From positions 386-64,385 of the forward strand of contig JAKCDU010000010.1 of NCBI GenBank assembly GCA_021838445.1: a stretch of DNA of 64,000 nucleotides, written 5' to 3'. The translations under genes and the position numbers were made by a program. This stretch comes from Actinomycetes bacterium (GTDB lineage: Bacteria > Actinomycetota > Acidimicrobiia > Acidimicrobiales > Palsa-688). The number at the start of each line of letters is the position of its first letter. The first letter of the stretch is position 1. Shown here in pieces: positions 38,201 to 46,092 of this stretch. Under the pieces are notes generated by a model, which saw only the letters and a program-made list of their open reading frames with translations, had not been told where the DNA came from and made no database searches.

Positions 38201-38557
38201 GACCGTGACGGTCTGTGGCGAAGCTGCCGTGGCGAGGGTCACGTTGAAGGTATGAACCCCGGCGTTACCAGCAGTGAAGGTGTAGTTGGTGGGCAGTGAT
38301 ACGGCTGCGTTGGTGTCAGTGGAGGAGAATTTGACGGTTCCGGCGTATCCCGTGTCGGTGGTCCCGGTGCCGTCTTCGGCGGTGACCGTGACGGTGAAGC
38401 TCTGCCCGGCCGTGACCGATGGGGGGTAACCGCTGAGGACCAGTTGGGTCGCGGCGGCCGCCGATGCCCTACTGGGCGCGGTTATCAACCCGAAGCTGAC
38501 CACCAAGAAGCCCACGATGGCGGCTACCAGCCGATAATGAGGCCGTCGTCGACGCAT
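35243..38557 (-). CDS. Secreted protein: about four Ig-like (invasin/Big-like) repeats, Calx-beta-like segments and a C-terminal six-blade GYW..DGGVF.FGDA.F.GS propeller
   Basis: Signal peptide: MRRRRPHYRLVAAIVGFLVVSFGLITAPSRASA. ~100-aa repeats (Y.G.V.F.S.D....LP..Y.F...D.G.H.F) are present. Six ~42-aa repeats (GYWLV..DGGVF.FGDA.FYGS) are encoded at about 35243-36005. Confidence 0.85.
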   Translation of the reverse strand: MRRRRPHYRLVAAIVGFLVVSFGLITAPSRASAAAATQLVLSGYPPSVTAGQSFTVTVTAEDGTGTTDTGYAGTVKFSSTDTNAAVSLPTNYTFTAGNAGVHTFNVTLATAASPQTVTVTDTATASITGTTTPITVSPGPTTKLAVTAPSSTAPNTAFGVTVTAMDAYANLTPAYAGRIHFTSSDTAASVVLPPDYQFVAGDNGSHAFTGVKLQTTGNQTVTATDTVTSSIAGSATVNVSTADPTQLVFVAPPATATAGTTFPLELKAEYADGTVDVNYAGTVTFGSSDAKAVFPSAAYTFTSTDKGDAHLSGFALETAGLQHVTATDSTLSLTGNTGPITVAAAATAGFSFAPSPVPAEVAGNAFSLTLAAVDAYGNVTPNYTGTVHFTSTSTPTQLPADFAFTAADGGSHVFTPGTAPGGFTLYQTGSTITATDTATPAISTSTAPITLTTPSALLSPPATPVQIARGGSIVDFSVAATASGSPLTIPSDPVTQSPTTYGIGAYSLSCPSYLTCTLQTTTLSGTSPFALAVKVVQNTDGYFDPGPLVSLSLGSPTTGDVALPAAAAATADIVSEVSPPPGLDITVGSPNSVVLPAGGTMNFPLTLTDASSNPVVAGAPIQVNYTVSCPLPSPVITCSPNGSVTIPAGQSVASIPVAVSSVIRNAYFPALPVTVQLTSPVGPYGTQISVAGTGQVSGSITTTVAPPVVTLVEPSGSGDNAIVVPAEAGSHGYVVELSPAPGNSGPVQVAVPLTVTYTAGGQPGFTSCAEPNVDFSLTVGTIGGSSCSSETSQVTIQPSNGIDPTSAPITVDFLTRSTHSTLRYFQLALTGVDHGTLGAPATADTVISDNLTDGYWLVGTDGGVFTEGAATFHGSAAGTPLASPVLAIAPTPTGRGYWLVTADGGVFSYGDAGFYGSAFGYPLDSKIVGIAASPSGRGYWLVSSDGGVFAFGDARFYGSLAGIKLVGPIVGIDATRDGGGYYMVGSDGGVFTFGDAQFHGSLPVYCGVCAATSPVLGISIDLSGNGYWVIAQNGGVFAFGDAKFYGSAFEPGGTKSWEAITSTLDGGGYWLLARDGTVQAYGDATYRGSVSVSPNAPLENMAGD

Positions 38558-39026
38558 CTCTCTCCCCTTCTTCGATATCCCAGCCCGAGCAGTCCCGCTG
38601 CTCCGGGCCGGAGTATAGAGGCGCTTTTGAAGGCCCTCTAGAGATCATTCAGTCGCCGAACGAACCCGATTACCGGATACATAACGACGATAACCTCGGA
38701 CAACGTTGAGCGAGTTCTATCTTGTTTACGCCCGGTTCCCCTCGCCAGACGTGCTGCGGATTGCCGTCGATTCACCGACGCGTTGCGCAGTACACCGTCC
38801 GGATATCTGCAGTACATCCTCATATCCGGACAGCCTCTACCGAGATCCAAGCGTACGAACCTGTCCGAAGTTGCGAGAATCACGTGCGGCTTCTTCAAGT
38901 AGAAGCCGGATTAGCCACTCGGTGCTATTCCCCGAATGCTCGGCGGCTACTGATGTCCGGAGGACCTCCAACTCTACCGGCCAGGCTAGGGCTCCAGGGG
39001 CTCGTTCCATCCCTTAGGACTAGCGC

Positions 39027-39064
39027 GGGTGAGGTGCTCGATTGATCCATCGAGCACCTCACCC
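39027..39064 (-). terminator. Perfect 16-bp stem hairpin 18 nt downstream of the STAND-WD40 gene stop (intrinsic-terminator-like, no U tract)
   Basis: gggtgaggtgctcgat (39027-39042), a 6-nt loop, then atcgagcacctcaccc (39049-39064). The gene stop is at 39082-39084. Confidence 0.45.
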
Positions 39065-39081
39065 GACTTCGGGCTGATGAG

Positions 39082-42000
39082 TCAGCCGCAAGGCGGCCGG
39101 TACGGAACGCCCGGGACGTAATTGGCCCACTCGGCCCTGGTGATGGGCTGGCCAGACTCCGTGCACAGTCTGGTTATCGCCGCGGAAGGCTGATAGTCCC
39201 ACAGGTGGAGGAGGTCGTCGCCCCCACTGGAGGCGAGCACCTGGTCACCGGGTGCGAAGCTCACCACCAACGCAGTGTTCTGGGGGGCGGTCAGGGTGTC
39301 GAGGTGCACAGGGTGACGGATGTCGGCGATGTCCCACACCCACACCGAGTGGTCCGTGGACGCTGCCGCCAGGGTCCGACCGTCGGGGCTCACCGCAACG
39401 GAGAACACGTAGCCGGACGGCCCCGACAGCGGTGGCCCCAGCGGTTCGGGGCGGCTCGGATCGCTGACGTTCCAGAGTCGCACCGTGCCATCGGCGCTGC
39501 CGGCGATCAGGGTGCGGCCATCGGGAGTGAACGCCGTGGTGTAGGCATAGTTGCTGAACCCGCCCACAGTGGACAGCAGTACGGGCTTGGCCGGATCGGC
39601 GATGTCGTAGATACGGACCTTGTCGTCGGTTGCGGCATCGGCCAGCAGCTTGCCGTCGGGACTGACCGAGAAGCCGAGCACCTCTCCCTTGGTGTCTGTC
39701 CGCTCCGACAGAAGGCGGGGCGTAGCCGGGTGGCTCACGTCCCACATGAGTAGGGCCCCGCTGTCGTCGACCGCGACCAGCACTTTGCTGTTGGGGGTGA
39801 ACCCCAGCTGCTCGATGGTCGGCCTGGCGCCGTGGAGCGGGGACCCGATGGGAACCGCAGCCTCCGGCCTCGACACGTCGAAGAGCTGGACCAGGGCCCC
39901 CTTGCTGGCGGCGGCCAGCAGCTTGCCGTCGGGGCTGACGGCGCCGGCGCCCGCCACCGGGCCCAGACCGGCGGGGAGTCCGATGGAGGCCAACCGCTTG
40001 GGCTGCAGCGCGTCGGTGGTGTCCCACACGGTGACATCACTGTGGGTGCTGTCACTCACCGCGAAGAGGTATCGACCGGTGTGGGCGTAGCCGAGATAGT
40101 AGACATTGCCCGGTTCGGTGAGCGTCGACTCGAGCGGGAGCGACCACAGCCGGGTGCTGCCAGCCGAGTCGGCCGAGACGAGGGTCTTGCCGTCGGGGGT
40201 GAAGGCGACCGCGGTGACCGGGTTGCTCTGCTCGAGAGTGCCGGCCGGTTCCCATGTGCTGGTATCGAACATCTTGATCTGACCGTCGGCGGTGCCCGTC
40301 GCCAGGATAGTGCCGCTGGCGTCGAACGCGGTGCTGTCGACCTCAGCGGTGCCCTCACCCAACGGAGCGTGGGCCGGCTGGAGGCTCTGGGCTCCGGTCA
40401 GGTACCAGACGTGGGTCGTGTCGTCGGTGGCTCCGGCGGCGAGATATCTCCCGTCGGCGCTCACTGACACCGTCTGGTAGCCGGTCGTGCCCGTTCCCTC
40501 CAGGGCGACCGGTGCGGGCTGGGCGGTGTTCCACATGATCACCGTCCCGCCCGAACCAGCGGCTGCCACCGCACCGGAGGGGGTGAAGGCGACCGCCTTG
40601 AGCGCCGCTCCGCCAGGGGACCGCCAGCTCTCAGCCAGGACAGGGTGGTGGTTGGCTCCCATGGACCAGATCTGCAAGGTTCCGTCCGAAGCGCCCTCGG
40701 CGAGGCTCCGCCCGTCGGCCGAGAACGCCAACGAGTACACCGTCGATCCGGCCCGGCCGACCGTCGCCACCTTCACCGGGCGAGCGGGATCGGCGGTGTC
40801 CCACAGGGTCACCTGCCCGGCGGTACCCCCCACGGCCAGCACGGTCCCGTCCGGGGAGAGGGCCACGGCAAAGTCCTGCTCGGCGCTCGGCCCGACCGGG
40901 AAGTCCGCCAGCCGGGTCGCGCCGGGCGCCTTCAGGTCGTAGAGGGCCACCGTGTCGCCCCCTGACTGGGCGACGGCGAGGAGCCGGCCCGACGACGACA
41001 GCGAGGCGAAGAGGGGCCCGGCCGGGCCGAGGATCCGGTAGGGGACGTCACCGGCAGTGGCGTCGACGAGAGCGCTGCGGGCCTGGACGGTGGGCGCGAT
41101 CCGGTAGGCGGCCACGGCCAGCTGGGCGGCGACTGATGGGGCGCGCGTTTGGAGTTGGCGGGACTCGATGGCGACCTGACGCGACAGGGCCTCGTCCCTG
41201 GCCCGGACGGCATCCCCTCGGGACGCGACGGCCACCCCGGCGAGGACGAAGGCGGAGGCGGCCAGCACGGCGACGAGCACCAGGAGCTGCTGCATGCGCC
41301 GGCTACGACGACGCTCGAGGCGACGCTCCTGGTCGGACCAGGCCACCGACTCGGCCACGAAACCGCTTTCGAGGCGGTTCGGCTCCCGGCCCTCGCCGAT
41401 GGCTCTTTCGGCCGCCTCGAGACGTACCCCCCGCCACAGCAGGGAGACGTCCCGCCCACCGTGATCCCAGGCCTGGGCGGCCTCGTGTAGTTGCTGGTGG
41501 AGGCTGAGCCACTCGCGGTCGGACTCGATCCAGTCGGCCAGGCGCGGCCAGGCGCCGAGCAGGGCCTCGTGGCTCACCTGCACCGTCTTGGTGTCGCTGG
41601 CCAGCAGGCGGGCGGCGATGAACCGCTCCAGGACCCTCGCGGTGACGGCGTCGAGCTCGGGGTCACCGGTGTCGACCAGATCGCCCCGAGAGGCCCTTCG
41701 GCTCGTCGGCGGGCTCTCGGCATCGACGCGGACCAGGCGACCGAACACCCGCCGGGCGATGTCCTGCTCGCGCGGATCGAGCTGCTGGTAGAGCTCCTCG
41801 GCGGCCCGCAGCACGGCACCACGCAGACCTCCCACCTCCAAGTAGTCGCCGACTGTGAGCTGGTTGCGGTCGGCCCGCTGCCAGGTCGCCATGAGGGCGT
41901 AGGACATGAGCGGCAGGGCTCCGGGGCCGTGCGCGGCACCCGGCCGCTGCTGCGGGGCGAGGTCGGCGAGCACCAGCTCGACGAGGCCGTCCTCTATCAC

Positions 42001-42855
42001 CGCCCCGACCCGCCGGGCCGGGCCGACGATGGCTTCCCTGACCTCGTCGGGAGTCATAGGACCGAGGAGCACCTGGTGTTGGCGCAGAGCCGACAGGAGC
42101 AACGGCTCGCCCGCCGCCGCTTCATAGAAGTCCGACCGCAGGACCACCAAGACCGTGGTCTGTTCGATCCGGGCGCCGAGGCGATTCAAAGCCCGCAATC
42201 GATAGTCGTGGTCGGCCGAGAGCACTTCCTCGAATTGATCGACGACCAGGAGCGTGGCTGCGCCGGAATCGGACGGGATCGGCTCGCCCAGCCGGTCGTG
42301 GCCGATGACCACGGCCCTCCAGGACCTCGCTGCCGTGTCGAGGGAACCGGCGGCCACGGCGGGGAGCAGACCTGCCGAAACCAGCGATGATTTGCCCGAG
42401 CCCGACGGCCCTATGAGCACGGCCAGGCCGCCCGGTGAGACGCCGGTAGTCAGGCTCGACACGCACTGCAGCAGCTCTTCGAGAGATCGCGTCCGGCCGA
42501 AGAACCGGTCGGCGTCGACCTCCCGGTAGGGCTCGAGCCCCCGGTAGGGAGAGATCTGCTTGGGGACCCGGCCATCGGAGGACGTGCGGACCCGGACCAG
42601 CGCCTCCATCCACGACTCCACCTCGATGGCGTCGCTGACGCCGCACGCTTCGAGTACGGACCGGAACAGCGGCAGCTGACGGGGGCCGGGCAGGTGGCGC
42701 CCGGCAAAGTAGTCACCGATGGTCGCAGTCGGGGAACCGACCTGGCGCGCCACGTCTCGCACGGTGAGCTCGCTCTGCGAACGCAGCATCGTCAGCTCCC
42801 GCGCCAGATCGTCTCGGCTGTAGACCCGCGCCGGGTCAGCATGACTTCCTGCCAT
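39082..42855 (-). CDS. HTH (XRE-like) - STAND P-loop NTPase - single TM - 14x WD40 repeat protein
   Basis: HTH: LTVRDVARQVGSPTATIGDYFAGRH. Walker A: LIGPSGSGKSSLVSAGLLP. Walker B: LLVVDQFEE. TM helix: LLVLVAVLAASAFVLAGVAV. There are 14 WD-like repeat ends (GTVRLWN, HSVWVWD, DKVRIYD, GQVTLWD, GTLQIWS and others). Confidence 0.9.
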   Translation of the reverse strand: MAGSHADPARVYSRDDLARELTMLRSQSELTVRDVARQVGSPTATIGDYFAGRHLPGPRQLPLFRSVLEACGVSDAIEVESWMEALVRVRTSSDGRVPKQISPYRGLEPYREVDADRFFGRTRSLEELLQCVSSLTTGVSPGGLAVLIGPSGSGKSSLVSAGLLPAVAAGSLDTAARSWRAVVIGHDRLGEPIPSDSGAATLLVVDQFEEVLSADHDYRLRALNRLGARIEQTTVLVVLRSDFYEAAAGEPLLLSALRQHQVLLGPMTPDEVREAIVGPARRVGAVIEDGLVELVLADLAPQQRPGAAHGPGALPLMSYALMATWQRADRNQLTVGDYLEVGGLRGAVLRAAEELYQQLDPREQDIARRVFGRLVRVDAESPPTSRRASRGDLVDTGDPELDAVTARVLERFIAARLLASDTKTVQVSHEALLGAWPRLADWIESDREWLSLHQQLHEAAQAWDHGGRDVSLLWRGVRLEAAERAIGEGREPNRLESGFVAESVAWSDQERRLERRRSRRMQQLLVLVAVLAASAFVLAGVAVASRGDAVRARDEALSRQVAIESRQLQTRAPSVAAQLAVAAYRIAPTVQARSALVDATAGDVPYRILGPAGPLFASLSSSGRLLAVAQSGGDTVALYDLKAPGATRLADFPVGPSAEQDFAVALSPDGTVLAVGGTAGQVTLWDTADPARPVKVATVGRAGSTVYSLAFSADGRSLAEGASDGTLQIWSMGANHHPVLAESWRSPGGAALKAVAFTPSGAVAAAGSGGTVIMWNTAQPAPVALEGTGTTGYQTVSVSADGRYLAAGATDDTTHVWYLTGAQSLQPAHAPLGEGTAEVDSTAFDASGTILATGTADGQIKMFDTSTWEPAGTLEQSNPVTAVAFTPDGKTLVSADSAGSTRLWSLPLESTLTEPGNVYYLGYAHTGRYLFAVSDSTHSDVTVWDTTDALQPKRLASIGLPAGLGPVAGAGAVSPDGKLLAAASKGALVQLFDVSRPEAAVPIGSPLHGARPTIEQLGFTPNSKVLVAVDDSGALLMWDVSHPATPRLLSERTDTKGEVLGFSVSPDGKLLADAATDDKVRIYDIADPAKPVLLSTVGGFSNYAYTTAFTPDGRTLIAGSADGTVRLWNVSDPSRPEPLGPPLSGPSGYVFSVAVSPDGRTLAAASTDHSVWVWDIADIRHPVHLDTLTAPQNTALVVSFAPGDQVLASSGGDDLLHLWDYQPSAAITRLCTESGQPITRAEWANYVPGVPYRPPCG

Positions 42856-43297
42856 CTAGCCCCTTGTCGCAGCCCCACCGTCAAGGACCAGCGGACTGTA
42901 ACCAAAGCCGCCCTGTCCGGGATAGCCCGACACAGCCGGCTCTGCGTACGGATTTGTACGGGAATCAGCTCCGGTCCGACCACCCCGACCCTCGACAGCC
43001 ACCGAAAGCGGACCAAACAGCTCACGCCGGAAGGCGGCCGCCGCCTGACGCGGTGACCTGCCTTGGCCACCGCACCGGAGTTGCCCCATTTCCGTCCCCT
43101 GTCGAACTGCCCGACCGCTGCTGCCAGCCATACCCCTCACCCGCCCCTGCAAGCCATGCCTCCTCGACGCTACCCGCATGATCCTTGCACATACAAGTTA
43201 TTCGACTTCTTGATCGATTTATCATCTACTCCCGGCTTGACGCGCTGTTGCTGCTTAGTGCGTCCATCGAGATGGTCACCGCTAAGCTCTGAGAGGA

Positions 43298-43792
43298 GTG
43301 GCCCGTCGACGGCAAGGTGAACTGGTAGAGAACGAGCAGCGAATCGCAGTCTCGGCTCTCGGCATCCACAACGAGTGGATCGCTGAGGTCGGGTCGGCCG
43401 ACCCGCGCTTTTGGGCCAAGGACATCCAGTCGGGACTGGCCCGCATCGAACCGGGTTCATCGATGAACGACTCCACCGTCAACCGAGCCCTCCGGCGGTT
43501 GGTCACGATGGGATGGCTGGCGGCCTCGTGGGAGACCCGCGATCCGGCCAACCCCCTCTCGAGCAAACCCCGGCTCTACTTCCGCTTCACCGATTCGGGG
43601 CTGCGCTCGGCCCGGGAGCTGGTCCGGCTGCGCCGGCGGGCAACCCCGTTGTGGGTGCTGTTCCCTCTCGAAGCGGTAGGCGAACCCGCCGACGACGACC
43701 GGCTGCCCATGGCCGCGCGGATCCCCCCGGCATCGGGAGGCGGGCCGCTTCCCCTGCCCGGGTCGAGATATGCTCACGGCCTAGAGACTTAG
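43298..43792 (+). CDS. PadR-like winged-helix transcriptional regulator
   Basis: The pattern STVNRALRRLVTMGWLAASWE....KPRLYFRFTDSGLRSAREL is typical of PadR-type wHTH proteins. The GTG at 43298 directly abuts GAGAGGAG, so the start or SD spacing is uncertain. Confidence 0.6.
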   Translation: MARRRQGELVENEQRIAVSALGIHNEWIAEVGSADPRFWAKDIQSGLARIEPGSSMNDSTVNRALRRLVTMGWLAASWETRDPANPLSSKPRLYFRFTDSGLRSARELVRLRRRATPLWVLFPLEAVGEPADDDRLPMAARIPPASGGGPLPLPGSRYAHGLET

Positions 43793-43811
43793 GCGAGCCT
43801 GGGGTGAAGCC

Positions 43812-44642
43812 TTGCGGGTCGGGGTGCCATTGGGAACTCGGGGGGTCGAACTGGCGGTCCGGGCGCTCGCGTGGATCGAGACGCTCCTCTGCCCACGCGG
43901 CCAGTACGAACAGATGGTGGACTTCGCTCTGCGCGAGCTCGACTGCGCCACCCGACCCGACCCGCTTCGCCGTTACGCCCGGGATGCGTGCCGTCACCTC
44001 CGTCGCCACGGTCTCCTACCGCTCATCGGAGCCACACTGGTCGGACTCGGCACCGCTCTGTACGGATTGGTCAACGCGTCGCTGCCCCAGGACATCGCCT
44101 GGCCGCTGGTTGGCTTCGGCCTCATCGCCGGGCTGCCCGCCATCCTGCCCGGGGTGGAGGTGTATCGCGGCGGTTGCCCGTATCTGGTCAGCTCTGATCC
44201 GGTTGCCGCCACGCCCAGGCGGGTACGTCCCCGCTTGACGGCTGTCATCGGTCTGATGGTCTGTCTCCTCAGCGCGGCCATGCCGGTCCGCCATCCCCTC
44301 TTCGACGGGTCCGCTCTGCTAGGCGTGCTGGTATCGGGTTCGGGGATCGTGCTTCTGGCCGAGGCCGAGCGCCGCAGGAGCGCCCGGGTCATGGTGCACG
44401 CTCTCTACGTCACCGCAGCAGGTGCCCTGCTGGTGGGCTTCGGCGACGGCGGGTGGGGAATCGTCGGTGCCAGCCGCCCTTCCGACGCCGTGGCCTCGGT
44501 CGTCACCGGCGTCGGAGGAGTGCTCTACGCCTTGACCATCGGCGACCTGGTGCGATGCTTCCAAGGACCCCCTAACGCTCAGGGGCAACGCCTGGACGCG
44601 AGAGGCGACCTCCGCCTGCTCGGCGACGAGCGAGCCGCCTGA
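43812..44642 (+). CDS. Integral membrane protein (about 6 TM) downstream of the PadR-like gene
   Basis: TTG start at 43812. Several hydrophobic helices: LLPLIGATLVGLGTALYGLV, WPLVGFGLIAGLPAILPG, VIGLMVCLLSAAMP, ALLGVLVSGSGIVLLA, YVTAAGALLVGFG. The PadR-plus-membrane-protein pairing is common. Confidence 0.6.
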   Translation: MRVGVPLGTRGVELAVRALAWIETLLCPRGQYEQMVDFALRELDCATRPDPLRRYARDACRHLRRHGLLPLIGATLVGLGTALYGLVNASLPQDIAWPLVGFGLIAGLPAILPGVEVYRGGCPYLVSSDPVAATPRRVRPRLTAVIGLMVCLLSAAMPVRHPLFDGSALLGVLVSGSGIVLLAEAERRRSARVMVHALYVTAAGALLVGFGDGGWGIVGASRPSDAVASVVTGVGGVLYALTIGDLVRCFQGPPNAQGQRLDARGDLRLLGDERAA

Positions 44643-44677
44643 CGACACTGCCGCTCGACCGCTGCGGCCGCCCCGGG

Positions 44678-45463
44678 CTACCCCGGCTTCTGCCACACCG
44701 AGACGTGGGAGCGGCTGTCGCCGGTGAAGGGCGCTCCGGTGAAGTCGGCCCAACGGTGCAGCAAGGTCAGGCCGGCCAGCCGGGCCATGAGGTCGAGCTC
44801 GGAGGGCCAGACGTAGCGGTAGGGGGTGGTGGTGCGGCGCAGCGATCCGCCGTCGGGCTCGATGTGGTGGGAAACGGCGTTCTGGGACACCAGATCTACA
44901 TAGTGGTCATAGCCGACATGGTCGGCCCCGTGGGCGAAGACCAACGTGTCCTGCCCGGGAGGCAGGCGGCGCAGGTCGGGCACCCCGACCTCCACCACGA
45001 ACGCCCCGCCGGCCTCGAGGTGCTCGGCGGCGTTGGCGAAGCAGGCGACCTGCTCGTCCTGGGTGGTGAGGTTCCCGATGGTGTTGTAGACGAGGTAGAC
45101 CAGCCGGAACGACCCGGCGACCCGGGTGGAGGCCATGTCGCCGATGGTCACGTCCATGAGGTCCCCGCCGGGCTTGGCCCGCAGCCGCGCGACCATGGCC
45201 GCCGACAGCTCCACGCCCGACACCGGCACCCCTCGGGCGGCTAGCGGCAGCGCCACCCGACCGGTGCCGACGGCCAACTCCAGGGCCGCCCCGTCGCCGG
45301 CCAGGGAGACCAGCAGGTCCACGGTCGGCCCGAGCACATCATCGGAGAACATGCCCTGCGCCGAGTGGTCGTAGGCCGCGGCTACTTCCTCGCCGAAATG
45401 GTCGGGTGGCACTCCCCTACCCTCGCATCCCGCCGGGCCGGCACCGGGCGCCCGGCGGCTCAC
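44678..45463 (-). CDS. Class I SAM-dependent methyltransferase
   Basis: SAM-binding motif LELAVGTGRVALPLAARG. The GTG at 45463 overlaps the upstream TGA (GTGA, 45460-45463). Confidence 0.8.
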   Translation of the reverse strand: MSRRAPGAGPAGCEGRGVPPDHFGEEVAAAYDHSAQGMFSDDVLGPTVDLLVSLAGDGAALELAVGTGRVALPLAARGVPVSGVELSAAMVARLRAKPGGDLMDVTIGDMASTRVAGSFRLVYLVYNTIGNLTTQDEQVACFANAAEHLEAGGAFVVEVGVPDLRRLPPGQDTLVFAHGADHVGYDHYVDLVSQNAVSHHIEPDGGSLRRTTTPYRYVWPSELDLMARLAGLTLLHRWADFTGAPFTGDSRSHVSVWQKPG

Positions 45464-46080
45464 ATGCGGGTCTCGAGCACTCCCACTCCATCACCGGAGA
45501 GGTCTACCAGGCCGGCTCGACGTCCCGACATCACCAGCACGAGCGACTCGAGAGGCCCTTGCGCGACGGGCCCGTCCCCGGCGGTCCACTTCGCGTCCCC
45601 GGCGACGAGCCGGACCCCCGCCACCCGCCGCTTGGTTTCCAGGGGGAAGCCCACCTTGTGCAGGGCGTCGGCCACCTCCACCAGGGTCTCCTCAGGCAGC
45701 GCTCTTTGCACCCCGAGCGGGCGGCGTATGTCGGCCGAATGGCAGACCGTATCTATGAGCATGTTGACCGGCTTGGCGATAGGCGGAGCCTTGTGCACTC
45801 CGATGGACGCCCGCAGCGCGGCCAGAAGGGACTCCGGGGGCGCCGAACCGGTCACCCGGGCGTCTTCGGCCATGTAGCGGTCGAAGCTGAAGCCGCTCTT
45901 CACCAGACCGACCAGGAAGCGCCCCACCCCGACGCTGCTGCTGTAGGCCAGGTGGGCGACCACGTGGCGGATCTTCCACTCGGCGCAGAGCGACTGGACG
46001 TCCCACTGGGCGGGCTGTAGCCCGCCCAGATCCTCGGCAAGGGCCTTGCGCTCGGCGTCGTACCTGCCCCACGTGTCCAT
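45460..46080 (-). CDS. DinB-like / maleylpyruvate-isomerase-family (mycothiol-dependent type) protein
   Basis: N-terminus: ERKALAEDLGGLQPAQWDVQSLCAEWKIRHVVAHL. ATG 46080 is preceded by GGGAGG, which sits immediately after the PBP stop. Confidence 0.7.
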   Translation of the reverse strand: MDTWGRYDAERKALAEDLGGLQPAQWDVQSLCAEWKIRHVVAHLAYSSSVGVGRFLVGLVKSGFSFDRYMAEDARVTGSAPPESLLAALRASIGVHKAPPIAKPVNMLIDTVCHSADIRRPLGVQRALPEETLVEVADALHKVGFPLETKRRVAGVRLVAGDAKWTAGDGPVAQGPLESLVLVMSGRRAGLVDLSGDGVGVLETRM

Positions 46081-46092
46081 TTCAGCCTCCCT

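Noticed and set aside
38638-38898. An 86-aa ORF (MKKPHVILATSDRF...) and two plus-strand ORFs (38706-39017 and 38722-39045) in the AT-richer gap.
   Set aside because: They overlap one another. Their composition is Arg/Cys/Ser-rich. None has an SD or a recognisable motif. The region looks non-coding.
43237-43297. TTGACG at about 43237 considered as a -35 box for the PadR-like gene.
   Set aside because: No acceptable -10 hexamer lies at 16-19 nt spacing, so this cannot be supported from sequence alone.
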